The notes: generated by a model not told the origin, from the sequence alone. Positions 1 through 9,558 are shown, counted from the stretch's first letter. The stretch is DNA of 24,842 nt from Deltaproteobacteria bacterium TL4 (GCA_051382335.1 JBBCAX010000173.1:1-24842), one strand, 5' to 3'. Translations and numbers: made by a program.

Positions 1-151
1 GGGTGGCCGAACTTACGACCAAGCCCTCGTATTAGAATTAATGATAGGTTTGGCCTGAAAAACGGGAAATAATAACCTTGCATTAATTCATTCATAAAAT
101 AAAACCACTGATATTATTGAATAATTAAAACTAAAACCATGAATCAAATGT

Positions 152-481
152 TCAAAGTCCAGTTATAAACAGATTCAAAATATGTAAGGGTGTGTTGAGG
201 TAGACCCATTTAATTCCGCATAAATCTTTTGACAGGGTGTAGACCACCTCGCCTCCCAAGACAATCTGGTCATAGTGGGGGTGGTCGGTTTTTAATTCAA
301 TACGGACACGGTCTTTAGGATTTAAAGAACCTTGTTGTGAGGGATTCCATTGCACACCACATCCTCCCAGAGAAATATCATGAATCACAATGTTCCATCG
401 TAAATGGGGTCCTATCAAAACGTTGTCTATGTCGCACTTTTTCCTGTCATAGAGTCTTCGTCTTAGGGGTTGTGGAACCAT
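152..481 (-). CDS. PilZ domain protein (putative c-di-GMP receptor), 109 aa
   Basis: RRRLYDR (RxxxR) near the N-terminus and DISLGGCG (D/NxSxxG) motif, followed by a beta-rich barrel ending in CGIKW; starts 7 nt after the cyclase stop with AGGA upstream. Confidence 0.85.
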   Translation of the reverse strand: MVPQPLRRRLYDRKKCDIDNVLIGPHLRWNIVIHDISLGGCGVQWNPSQQGSLNPKDRVRIELKTDHPHYDQIVLGGEVVYTLSKDLCGIKWVYLNTPLHILNLFITGL

Positions 482-488
482 AATTTTC

Positions 489-2417
489 CTATCCGCATGA
501 GCTTTTTAAGTTATCCTCAGTAAAGTTTAAGTAATACAGCATTCTGTGACTGCCGAAGGCTTCGACCACTTTTTTTATTTCTTCACGTTGTTGAGGTTCT
601 AAATGGGTGTAGCGTTCCAAGAAGGAAAAGAAAAGATGCTTGGAATTGATTTCGGTTAATAAAACGATCGCGGCTTTTTTAATGATCTCGTTGTCCGAGG
701 TTAAGGCCTCTAAAAAGTGAGTCATGGCCTTTTCATGGTCTTCCTCCCAGTAAACACACGAAGCTTGCAAACTGATCCGATGATTTTCATGTTCCAGAAA
801 AGGAGCAATCGTTGCGCCGACGTTCGCGTCCTGGGTTAAGCCAATGGCTTCAATGGTATTCGAAATGACGCGGATATCCTCATGCTGCAGAAAGGGTAGC
901 AAGGTTTTGAAATAAGGAGCTCCTCCCAGGAAACCAATGGTTTTGACCCCTTGAGCCATGAGAAAAGGTTCCTTCAGTTTGTTGATCCAACGAGTGAGTT
1001 CTGGCAACACTTCAACACAAAAATATCTTTCAAATAATTGAAGAATGAAAATTCCTGTCTGGGGAGCACATGAACGAAGAAATAGCATCAGCATTTCTCT
1101 ATGTTGTGAAATTGAAAACATAGAAAGGGTCATCAGCATATGGTTCTGAACAGGCATGGATTGTTCCAAAAATTCAGTCTTAATCGTCTCAGGTGGCATA
1201 AAGCCCAGCAAGTAATATGCGGTGATGGGGCCATCGTGTCCTTTAATATTAAAAGACTCAAAACGTTTGCAGACAAACCCGCCTTCGACTGCTTCAAAAA
1301 CATGCTGGCCAATCACAATTCCATTATTGCCGGCGATACTCTCCAAACGTGAGGCAAGGTTCACCACATCACCAATCACCGTGTATTCAAGACGATCTTT
1401 CGCACCAATATGTCCTGACAAAGCGACACCGCTATTAATTCCAATGGAGATTTCGATTTGGTATTCTTGGAACTCAGGCTGTCGTTTCATGTGTTCAACA
1501 CATTCAACCATCGCCAAGGCGGCGGCACACGCTCTGTGTTGGTGATTATCCTGCGGAATCGGGGTATTAAAGACCACCATGATACAATCACCGATAAATT
1601 TATCGAGCGTACCTTTATACTTGAAAACAATATCGACCAACGCTGTAAAATAAGTATTGATCACAGTCACCAGTGTTTTGGGGGCCAATCTGCGGGATAA
1701 CTTTGTAAAGTCACAAAAATCAGCGAACAATACCGAGACTTCAACCTCAACACCGCCCAAGTTGACAGGTGCGTGTTGTTGTAATATTTCGGACATGACT
1801 TGTGGAGAAACATATTTTGCAAACAAAGTCTGAGTTTCTGAAATTTCCAAACGCTCCCAAATCGCATCATTCTCAAGCTCATTAAAATACCACAGCATTC
1901 TCATGAGCGAATGATATTCCGGGGTCGTTTCATCAAAAATTGCCGGTATTTGTTTAATTTGTTCCTTCCCTGGATGATGCAAGGCTTCATAGACGAATAA
2001 CAAAAGCACCCCTAACGCCTCTTCCTTAAAGACAAGAGGATACGCAAGCAGCCAGCCTTCCATATAGTCGATGGAGTGAATCACAGGTTCTTTTGAGGCA
2101 AAAGCGATCTCGGAAAACTTCAACAAATGCTCCATCGTGACTTCTTTATGGATGGCGTCCGTGTCAGGATAGGAGATGAGCGGCGACCAATACTGTGAAT
2201 ACATGTCTTTGAGGATGAGGGCCGCTTCGTCAACATGCAAAAAGGGGATGACGTATTCCACCAAGGTTTTAAGAAAGGGAACCAGATCCAAGTTCGCGTC
2301 CTCAATCGCATCCAGCCTCAGCGTGAAATCCAAAACCTGATAAAGATAATCCTCTTCTTCCTGAACGCTCCTGAACAGACCATGGGGAAGCCTGGGGAAT
2401 TTTTTTATTTCCATCAC
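489..2417 (-). CDS. Soluble class III adenylate/guanylate cyclase with an N-terminal GAF-like region and C-terminal HEAT-like repeats
   Basis: Catalytic motifs KYVSPQV, VSVLFADFCDFT, GTLDKFIGDCIMVVF, IGINSG, YTVIGDVVNLASRLE, IKG. GAF-like LLAYPLVFKEEALGVLLL. HEAT-like LLPFLQHEDIRVISNTIEAIG and IAPFLEHENHRI. No clear transmembrane helix. Start is GTG 2417 or ATG 2414. Confidence 0.9.
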   Translation of the reverse strand: MMEIKKFPRLPHGLFRSVQEEEDYLYQVLDFTLRLDAIEDANLDLVPFLKTLVEYVIPFLHVDEAALILKDMYSQYWSPLISYPDTDAIHKEVTMEHLLKFSEIAFASKEPVIHSIDYMEGWLLAYPLVFKEEALGVLLLFVYEALHHPGKEQIKQIPAIFDETTPEYHSLMRMLWYFNELENDAIWERLEISETQTLFAKYVSPQVMSEILQQHAPVNLGGVEVEVSVLFADFCDFTKLSRRLAPKTLVTVINTYFTALVDIVFKYKGTLDKFIGDCIMVVFNTPIPQDNHQHRACAAALAMVECVEHMKRQPEFQEYQIEISIGINSGVALSGHIGAKDRLEYTVIGDVVNLASRLESIAGNNGIVIGQHVFEAVEGGFVCKRFESFNIKGHDGPITAYYLLGFMPPETIKTEFLEQSMPVQNHMLMTLSMFSISQHREMLMLFLRSCAPQTGIFILQLFERYFCVEVLPELTRWINKLKEPFLMAQGVKTIGFLGGAPYFKTLLPFLQHEDIRVISNTIEAIGLTQDANVGATIAPFLEHENHRISLQASCVYWEEDHEKAMTHFLEALTSDNEIIKKAAIVLLTEINSKHLFFSFLERYTHLEPQQREEIKKVVEAFGSHRMLYYLNFTEDNLKSSCG

Positions 2418-2803
2418 AATTGATTAAAAAAGAGTGTAGAGACATCCTGTTACCTGAGTAACGATTTAAGACCAATCTGCGAAAGGAAAAACCACCATAA
2501 CCGCCCCCTTCAATCAGTATCCATAACAATGATATCAGAGAAAGACAATCCTTCTTTTTGCGAATTGTTGTGAATTATAGAGGACCACACTCCATGCTTG
2601 GCGTGGCTCAAAAGATCCAAACGAAATATCCTAACAGAAATTGATTTTAAATAACGATTCCCGAGATAAACAGGAAAGTATTGCCTCCTCTCAAAAAAAA
2701 TGAATAAAATGCTCATCAACCCTTGTGAAAATTCAAATCAAAGGTTACTAGAATAGTAAGTGCAGATAAAAATTCGGCTATATCAAACATTTTGGAGTTA
2801 ATA

Positions 2804-5371
2804 ATGAAACTGCTGTCTATGATTACTATGCCACTCGTTTTAGTATTCAGTCTTGTTTCATGTTCCGCTCCAAGCCTTTTTGTGATGGCTGAAGTCTCAC
2901 AGCAATCTCAGCTATGTTTTGATTTTCTGAATAAGAAGGATATCAAACTGTTTTTAAAAACTTCTTCAGGAGAAAATGTATTATTAAAAGAGAGTCTGCA
3001 CCTTAAGTATCCTCAATCGCTGCAGGTTCAAAATCTTCCAAACACGGTCTGTGAAGAAGAACTTGGAGAAAAGAAAGGCAGTTTTGCAAATTGGCAATAT
3101 TTTGAAGAAAACGTCTACAAAGTTGTCGCCGCCTACTTAGCAAAGCAAGGCCTGAATAAAAAAGTTGTAGCGAATATGTCTGGTGCGGATGGCAGTAAAA
3201 TCATGTTTGATGTTTTGGTTGAAGATTTTCAAAAAGTCATCATTGGGCTGAGTCGTGGGGCTTCCGGCCTGAAAGTCGAAGCTTTGAATGAAATAGGAGA
3301 AAAACCAACTGTGGAAAGTTATTCCTCAGGAGAGGAGTATCTGTTGAATGAATCGATTGTGACGCTGCCGCATCTTTATCAGTTCACGACCAATTTTTTA
3401 GGTAAAAAACAAAGTTGTTTTCTCAACAAAAAAAGTGAAGTGGAATTTATCTGTGAAATTCCCATGCAGATTTGTTTTGCACCCAGGGGCGAGGATAAAG
3501 ACAGTAATGTCTTACGTTTAATCCCGGAAGTACGCAGAACCGATAATGAAAATACGATGGGGTATCTGGATCCAAATCTGAAATACACGGAGTCGCCCAT
3601 CTTGGAAATTGTTTATAATTCATCAAGAGCCAGAAAAGATTATGGCAAGACTCAATGTTTTAGCGTCGACGAGTTTTATGAGAAATTCAAAGCAGATGAA
3701 CTCAGGCAGGCAGATCAGGCGCGCGATTTACCGGAACATTTGAAAAAAATTGCGGAGCACTACTATGAACGTGGATTCAATGTGGAACTTTCCCCCATCA
3801 CTAAAGGCGTGATCAACGTTCGGTTGGGGTACCATGGTGCGGTGGATGTGCCTGTAAATGAAATGGTTTCCAAGAAAGTTCGTTATAATATCCACTATGA
3901 TCAGGAAGTGTCGCATCCCATTCCTTGTAAGCAATGGAGCATCCGCGGGACAGACAATGAGATCATCCCCATGCAGGAATCCAATAACCAATGTGAAGCC
4001 AGTCGAACCTTGGAGGTCAAACATGAATTGGATAAACTGGATCTCATCCTTTCATTGGAAAACTGGAATTCCTTGTATTATGCTCCAACCATAAAAACCG
4101 ATATTGCCTTCAACCTCTTGGTCAAGGAACCTGAAACACCGCGTTCTGATTGTTACGGTTGGAAGAAGGACAAAGAACTGGTGTTAGTGTTTACGGGCGA
4201 ACAATGTCAAAAAGTATTAAACCCTAAACGGATTGTTGCCATTGAAGACGCGTTGACTCAAACCCTCATCAAAACCATTCCTCAAGAGCAAGTTGAAGGG
4301 GACCGGCAATTGCGGGAAAATTATCATTTGATTCCAGAACTTTTGACTCAGGCTCAAAAGGACAACCCGTATCTGACCTCCTCCATGAAGGCCTATCCAA
4401 AATCATTTCTCGATATTGAGTATCTTGACAATGTCACCAAGGAGGTGTTGCCTGTGGTTTCGTGCAATCTTTTACAAGCTGAGTTAAAAAAAACAGGCTA
4501 TACGATGATTGACTCTTGCCAAGATGGGGATAAGATTGCTAAGAAGATAATGGTTTACCAGGAAAACAAGAATTCCCAGCGAATTATCACCGTACCTGTA
4601 AAGGCGTCGTTGGTTTTGAATTACATCGGTCTTCCGGAAAATCTTTCGTTATGGATCGGTAAACGCCAACCACCAACGTTTGTAAATTTTCGTAAGAGGA
4701 CCCTCTGGATCAATGTCAACAACACAGGGGAATGGAATAAAGAGACCGAAGATCGTAAGGAACAGTGGTATCATGTGTTACGTCGAATGTTTACCGATGT
4801 AACCGCAGAAATTGATCAAACGAACTCGAGTAGTGAGGCCGCTAAAATCGCAAGTGGCCGTTTAGCGTACATGTCTCTGGCCTATTACTATGAGAGTAAA
4901 GATGAAATATTTGAAGCGTACTCAGAAGAGGATAAGTTACTTTTTTCTCCTTCTCGTAAAGAATATTCTCGGCGTTTGTTAAACAAACCACCAGGATATA
5001 GCACCAACTTGACGGCAGAGTTCCTGGACCAATTTTATACGCAGCTAAAAGAGGGCAAAAGTACAGAACGTCTCGATATTATCACCTTTACCTTTAGGGA
5101 TCCTGCGTTACATTCAAACAACCTTGCAGTTCGCAAATTGAAAAAATTGCTGGGAGAAAAGATTGACAAACAGAGTATTCGTTGGAGAATTGTTGAAATC
5201 TCTCCAGATCAGGCCAATGCTAAAATGGATCAACATCGTTGGATCAAGGAGTTTTATGAGATTGCCCAAAGTAGCAATAACCAATTCGAAGTGATATATG
5301 ACCTAATCCATTCTGAAAAGGAATTAGAGCAATATCAACAAACCTTGCTGGACTTTATTCAGCAATATTAA
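2804..5371 (+). CDS. Large putative lipoprotein (855 aa) with a C-terminal degenerate vWA-like domain
   Basis: ATG 2804 has GGAG at 2794-2797. Signal MKLLSMITMPLVLVFSLVS-C has lipobox LVSC. Several paired Cys. The last ~225 aa alternate beta strands and helices in vWA order. Confidence 0.7.
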   Translation: MKLLSMITMPLVLVFSLVSCSAPSLFVMAEVSQQSQLCFDFLNKKDIKLFLKTSSGENVLLKESLHLKYPQSLQVQNLPNTVCEEELGEKKGSFANWQYFEENVYKVVAAYLAKQGLNKKVVANMSGADGSKIMFDVLVEDFQKVIIGLSRGASGLKVEALNEIGEKPTVESYSSGEEYLLNESIVTLPHLYQFTTNFLGKKQSCFLNKKSEVEFICEIPMQICFAPRGEDKDSNVLRLIPEVRRTDNENTMGYLDPNLKYTESPILEIVYNSSRARKDYGKTQCFSVDEFYEKFKADELRQADQARDLPEHLKKIAEHYYERGFNVELSPITKGVINVRLGYHGAVDVPVNEMVSKKVRYNIHYDQEVSHPIPCKQWSIRGTDNEIIPMQESNNQCEASRTLEVKHELDKLDLILSLENWNSLYYAPTIKTDIAFNLLVKEPETPRSDCYGWKKDKELVLVFTGEQCQKVLNPKRIVAIEDALTQTLIKTIPQEQVEGDRQLRENYHLIPELLTQAQKDNPYLTSSMKAYPKSFLDIEYLDNVTKEVLPVVSCNLLQAELKKTGYTMIDSCQDGDKIAKKIMVYQENKNSQRIITVPVKASLVLNYIGLPENLSLWIGKRQPPTFVNFRKRTLWINVNNTGEWNKETEDRKEQWYHVLRRMFTDVTAEIDQTNSSSEAAKIASGRLAYMSLAYYYESKDEIFEAYSEEDKLLFSPSRKEYSRRLLNKPPGYSTNLTAEFLDQFYTQLKEGKSTERLDIITFTFRDPALHSNNLAVRKLKKLLGEKIDKQSIRWRIVEISPDQANAKMDQHRWIKEFYEIAQSSNNQFEVIYDLIHSEKELEQYQQTLLDFIQQY

Positions 5372-5392
5372 TCCCATCGTAAAGGAGGATGT

Positions 5393-7837
5393 ATGCCCTT
5401 ACTTGTCGTGTTCATTTTCATCATCAGCACCACGTCCGTTTTTGCTCAGAGTGCCGATTATAACACCCCTGTCATGACGCTTAAAAACAGAGCCCCTGTT
5501 TATGCGACTGCTGAGAGTACAGAGGTACAGAGCCGTTTATCCTTTATGGAAACTTTATGGACCTGCCGCCCTTGCGTTACCGCGGAACATAAAGGTCGCA
5601 TAAAAACTTACTACTATGATGCCGCGGAAGAAAATGAAGCGAATCAGTATAAAGTGAGAGGGTTTTTAGATAAGGAGGAGTTATTGCTCAATCGTACGGC
5701 GTTGAAGGAAGAGAATACGGATATCCTCAAAAAAGTCGTCCTCAGTAACAATCCCGCACAACATAAAAAAGGGGAAAAATTAGACAAAATTCCTGTCCGC
5801 TATGCCCCTGACAAAGACTCCAAAATCGAAGCGGAATTGGGTATTTTTGATTTCTACATGGTTTATGCGGAAACCGACGACTTTATATTAATTGGAAATG
5901 CGGTGGGTATTTCAAAACCTTTGTTAGCCAAAGATACGATCATCGGCTGGGTTCCCAAAGAGAGAGCAACCGCCTGGAAAACCCGAGAAGCGGTGCAATT
6001 TGATGAAAACAACCGCAAAGACCGAAAGCCTGCCAAAATTTTTCAATCCCTAAAAGGGTATCAAGCCGCAGATGAAGCGGAAGTCATTGGTGTGGAGGAT
6101 TATCAACATGAATTCAGTCATGCCAGTTTTCGTTTCCCGGTGATTTCCAAATCTGAAGAAAACAACTACTATGAAGTCTACTATGTTGGTGAAGTGCACA
6201 CAGGGGATGGAGAGGTCGTTGGCGCCGCACAATATGAAGTCGCGGCAGAGGCCTTAAAAAGTGTCAAAAGTAAACTTAACGGCTTGCAAATCCTGATTGT
6301 GGTGGATGCCACAAAAAGTATGGAATTTGCCTTTGCGCCCATCGCCACCGCCATTTCAAAATTCACACGGAATCAACTGGTCAAACAATACGAAGTGATA
6401 TTTTCACTAGGGGTTTACCGTGATGTCGCTGATGGAAAGTCAGTGTTTGAACTCAAGCGTTTTACCGACGCGACACAAATGGAAAACTATCTCAATACGA
6501 TCAGTGCCAATCCAACCTTCGCGAGAAGTCATCCTGATGATAAAGGTTTTCTGGAAGCGGTTTATCAAGGTATTGAACGGAGTATCACCCAACAAATAAT
6601 CAAAGATCAGCTTTTGGGAGTCATTGTGATCGGAGATCATGGAGGGAATGACGAACGCGTTGTGGTTCGTGCCGTAAACCGGAACACTCATCAGTCCGTC
6701 ATACAGGCCTTGAAACAAAGCCGAGCGCTCTTTTTCCCAATACAGGTTGCGACCCATCCCAAAACAACCGACCTCGCCTCAATGCCCAAAGTACCGACGA
6801 TGCAAATGTACTACGATCAAATGCGGGAGATTTTAAAAGATAATAATGAGTTAGATCGTAAAGTTGTCTTTGTTCCCCGGGATCCAGGAGAGGAAAATTC
6901 TTCAGAAAAATACAAGAAGAAACTCGAAATTGCGATCAAGAATCACATGGAATCCTCACTTGACGCCATTGTGAAACTGGGTGAGGCCGTTACCGCCAAA
7001 CAACAAGGACAAGGTTCCGAAAAAGCAACGGTCGACAAAGACAAAGCGCAGGCAGGGGCAACACCTACGGCTTATGGGGTGAAGCTTTCAGAAATCCTCG
7101 AAAAATGGCTCAAGCAGGAAATTCGAGCGGTCTTGGAGAAAAAAGCGGTGGCGGAGTCCCCTGCACAATTGGAAGAAATGGTGGAGCAACAATGGCAATT
7201 GGTTTCAAAAAATCGTTCTCAGTTATTCCGCAAGGGATACTTGGGGATTCGTCAAGCAAATATTCCCCAAGTAGATGAAATGGTGTTGGTTGAAAAGAAG
7301 AACATTGTCAACCTCGTTTCCAACTTCGAAAAAATTCTTAACGCGTTCAATGCCGAGCCCAAAGAACGGGCTGAAGCCTGTAAGCAAACAGTACTGGGCA
7401 TTCTGGGGGAAGCACTGCCTAATGTTTCAGAAGAAGATTTGCGCAAAATGATGGAAGAGGAAGGACTGGATATGGAATCCCTCAACCGCAAAATGACGGG
7501 GATTAACTTTAAGGGCAACAACACCTTACTCACAAGACGCTGTGACGAATGGTCCAGTTTGGACCCCATTCAAATGGAATCGGATGCCAACCGAATCCGC
7601 TTGAGTCAGGATAAACTGTTCAAACTCTTGAATAACCAGGAAAGTCTATGGACTGGGACCGAAGAACCCCATCCTCAATACAAACGTCGTAACACGTTTA
7701 TGATCAAAGAAAATTTTATTAAAGTTAAAGATCAATTTTCTGGTGAAATGATGGAAGTTGATTTTCGGCCCAGACAGTATTGGTGGCAACGTGGTGGTGC
7801 AACCTATGCCTGGATTCCATTCAATGTTTTTCCTTAA
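5393..7837 (+). CDS. Exported vWA-domain protein resembling the PpkA periplasmic region / TssR-like family, without a kinase domain (814 aa)
   Basis: Strong AAGGAGG RBS and signal peptide ending SVFA-Q. N-terminal motifs LSFMETLW, FDFYMVY, FILIG, IGWVPKERATAWKTREAVQF, FRFPVI. vWA motifs ILIVVDATKSM (MIDAS DxTxS), LGVYRD, LEAVYQGI, VIVIGDHG. Confidence 0.75.
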   Translation: MPLLVVFIFIISTTSVFAQSADYNTPVMTLKNRAPVYATAESTEVQSRLSFMETLWTCRPCVTAEHKGRIKTYYYDAAEENEANQYKVRGFLDKEELLLNRTALKEENTDILKKVVLSNNPAQHKKGEKLDKIPVRYAPDKDSKIEAELGIFDFYMVYAETDDFILIGNAVGISKPLLAKDTIIGWVPKERATAWKTREAVQFDENNRKDRKPAKIFQSLKGYQAADEAEVIGVEDYQHEFSHASFRFPVISKSEENNYYEVYYVGEVHTGDGEVVGAAQYEVAAEALKSVKSKLNGLQILIVVDATKSMEFAFAPIATAISKFTRNQLVKQYEVIFSLGVYRDVADGKSVFELKRFTDATQMENYLNTISANPTFARSHPDDKGFLEAVYQGIERSITQQIIKDQLLGVIVIGDHGGNDERVVVRAVNRNTHQSVIQALKQSRALFFPIQVATHPKTTDLASMPKVPTMQMYYDQMREILKDNNELDRKVVFVPRDPGEENSSEKYKKKLEIAIKNHMESSLDAIVKLGEAVTAKQQGQGSEKATVDKDKAQAGATPTAYGVKLSEILEKWLKQEIRAVLEKKAVAESPAQLEEMVEQQWQLVSKNRSQLFRKGYLGIRQANIPQVDEMVLVEKKNIVNLVSNFEKILNAFNAEPKERAEACKQTVLGILGEALPNVSEEDLRKMMEEEGLDMESLNRKMTGINFKGNNTLLTRRCDEWSSLDPIQMESDANRIRLSQDKLFKLLNNQESLWTGTEEPHPQYKRRNTFMIKENFIKVKDQFSGEMMEVDFRPRQYWWQRGGATYAWIPFNVFP

Positions 7838-7856
7838 CCCTAAACATCCCAAACCG

Positions 7857-7892
7857 GCAGGTTGAAGAAAGAAGGCTTCTTGAACCTGCTTT
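7857..7892 (+). terminator. Intergenic stem-loop (possible weak terminator or mRNA-stabilising hairpin)
   Basis: GCAGGTTGAAGAA (7857-7869) pairs with TTCTTGAACCTGC (7877-7889) at 12 of 13 positions with a 7-nt loop, followed by only TTT. Confidence 0.5.
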
Positions 7893-7915
7893 AAAACTGC
7901 TTGGTTCTTTTGCCC

Positions 7916-9529
7916 ATGAATGAGACAAACCATACTACTGCTGTCATCCAAATGCTGGTTATTATCTTGGTGTTGAGTTTCTTTTTTAACGCTTCCTGTG
8001 CTGTGGTTCAACCCCCCAAACCTGCGGACCCTGCTTTGTACACCACACCTGTTTTTACGCTACAGGACCGAACGCCTGTTTACGCCTTTGCCGAAGGTCA
8101 AAAAATTGTTAAATATCTTTCTTTCATGGAAACGGTTTGGACTTGTAAAAAGTGTATCAGTGAAAGCCATCCGGGACGTCTTCAAACCTTTTGGTATGAT
8201 GGGGATGAAGTGGATTCTTCACAACAATTTAAACTGATGGGGTATTTAGAAAAAAAAGATCTTTTACGGACACGCACTGTGCTTAAAGATGAGGATAAAC
8301 ATGATATTAAGGTGATTTTAAGTAATGATCCGGTTCAACATAAGAAAGGTGATAAATTAGATAAGATTCCTGTCCGCTTCAATGCCTATGGAAAATCTAA
8401 AGTAGAGAAAGAGTTGGATGTATTCGATTTTTATATGGTTTACGCTCGTACCGGAGACTTCCTGCTGATTGGTAAAGATGGCGGGATCAACAATCCCTTA
8501 TATCCCAAGGAAACCGTTATCGGTTGGATTCCAAACTTCAGAGCCACACTATGGACCACTCGTGAAGCGCTTCAATTTAATGAAGATAATCGAAAAGATC
8601 GTCAAAAAGTCAGCATTTATGTGAGTCTCCGTGGCTTGGAAGAAAGTGATCCCTGGGAAATTATCGCGGAAGAAGACATCCGTCACAATATCACACCCGA
8701 GAGTTTTCGCTTTCCGGTGATTCATAAAAATGAAGATGAAAATTACTATGAGATTTATTACTACACAGGAAATACCGTTTCTTTAACCCCCTTGTTTGGA
8801 GAGGGACTGCGAAAAGAAATTGAATATGACTTTACCCAGCAAGGGATCCCACCTGACCGTCTCAACGCGATGGTCGACGAACAGATGAAACTCATTTCAG
8901 AAAACAAAACCTCGCTGTTCCGTAGAGGTTTTGTCTCCATTAATCAAAATGATAGGCCTCAAATGGATGAAATGGAATTAGTTGAGCGAAAACACATCGT
9001 CATGTTATTATCAAATTTCCAGGAAATACTCAGCGCTTATGATTCAGGTTCCAAAAAAAGGGTTGAGCAATGTATGCAGGCCTCCATTGCCATTTTAAAA
9101 AACAGATTTCCCGAAAAGTCCAAAGAAGAATTAAAAACCATGATCAGTGAAGAACAGCTCGTTCTGGAAGCCATTAATCAGAAAGTGATCGGCCTTAACT
9201 TTCAGGGATCCAATGCTTTATTGTTGCTGCCTTGTGAGCAATGGGGGCTCATGGATCCCGTGGAATTAGAATCCGATGCCAACCGTTTGCGTTTGAGTCA
9301 AGACCGTTTGATTAAAATCCTCAACAATCAGCAAAGTCTGAATTCAGGACAAGAGATTCCCCATGCGGAATACCCTCATCTGAATGTTTTTCAAATAGTT
9401 AAAAATTATACTGAAATCCAGGATCCGGTTTCAGGTCAATTGGTTGAGGTTGATTATCGACCTAGAAAATATTGGTTCAAACGAGGAGAATCCTTTTTTG
9501 CATGGATTCCACTAAGTGTTTTTCCATAA
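7916..9529 (+). CDS. Paralog of the upstream exported protein lacking the vWA domain; N-terminal hydrophobic segment, possibly a lipoprotein
   Basis: Colinear with the 814-aa protein (LSFMETVWTCKKC, QHKKGDKLDKIP, FDFYMVY, SFRFPVI, ESDANRLRLSQD, AWIPLSVFP) but missing ~300 central residues. Hydrophobic MLVIILVLSFFFNAS-C. Start uncertain (TTG 7901, ATG 7916 or ATG 7952). Confidence 0.8.
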   Translation: MNETNHTTAVIQMLVIILVLSFFFNASCAVVQPPKPADPALYTTPVFTLQDRTPVYAFAEGQKIVKYLSFMETVWTCKKCISESHPGRLQTFWYDGDEVDSSQQFKLMGYLEKKDLLRTRTVLKDEDKHDIKVILSNDPVQHKKGDKLDKIPVRFNAYGKSKVEKELDVFDFYMVYARTGDFLLIGKDGGINNPLYPKETVIGWIPNFRATLWTTREALQFNEDNRKDRQKVSIYVSLRGLEESDPWEIIAEEDIRHNITPESFRFPVIHKNEDENYYEIYYYTGNTVSLTPLFGEGLRKEIEYDFTQQGIPPDRLNAMVDEQMKLISENKTSLFRRGFVSINQNDRPQMDEMELVERKHIVMLLSNFQEILSAYDSGSKKRVEQCMQASIAILKNRFPEKSKEELKTMISEEQLVLEAINQKVIGLNFQGSNALLLLPCEQWGLMDPVELESDANRLRLSQDRLIKILNNQQSLNSGQEIPHAEYPHLNVFQIVKNYTEIQDPVSGQLVEVDYRPRKYWFKRGESFFAWIPLSVFP

Positions 9530-9558
9530 ACCCGCTCAAGCACGCAGGACAAAGTCCC

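Noticed and set aside
1..84. Possible 3' end of a plus-strand gene at the window edge
   Set aside because: All three frames are open for only 10-23 codons, so the frame and product cannot be determined.
2302..2719. Small minus-strand ORFs (75 and 69 aa) in the divergent intergenic region
   Set aside because: No RBS or family motif, and one overlaps the cyclase out of frame; more likely promoter DNA.
2570..2745. TGTGA half-sites as possible CRP boxes near the cyclase
   Set aside because: Neither has a matching TCACA half-site at the 6-nt spacing.
5393..5450. Link between the predicted mature N-terminal Gln of the vWA protein and the nearby Gln amidase
   Set aside because: The amidase has no signal peptide and lies in a different transcription unit; probably coincidence.
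9472..9558. ORF-track N-terminal extension of the ABC fusion
   Set aside because: Overlaps the upstream gene; ATG 9559 has an RBS and matches the ABC domain start. Similar over-extensions were trimmed for ffh, rimM, rpsT, the reductase and the 17472 gene.
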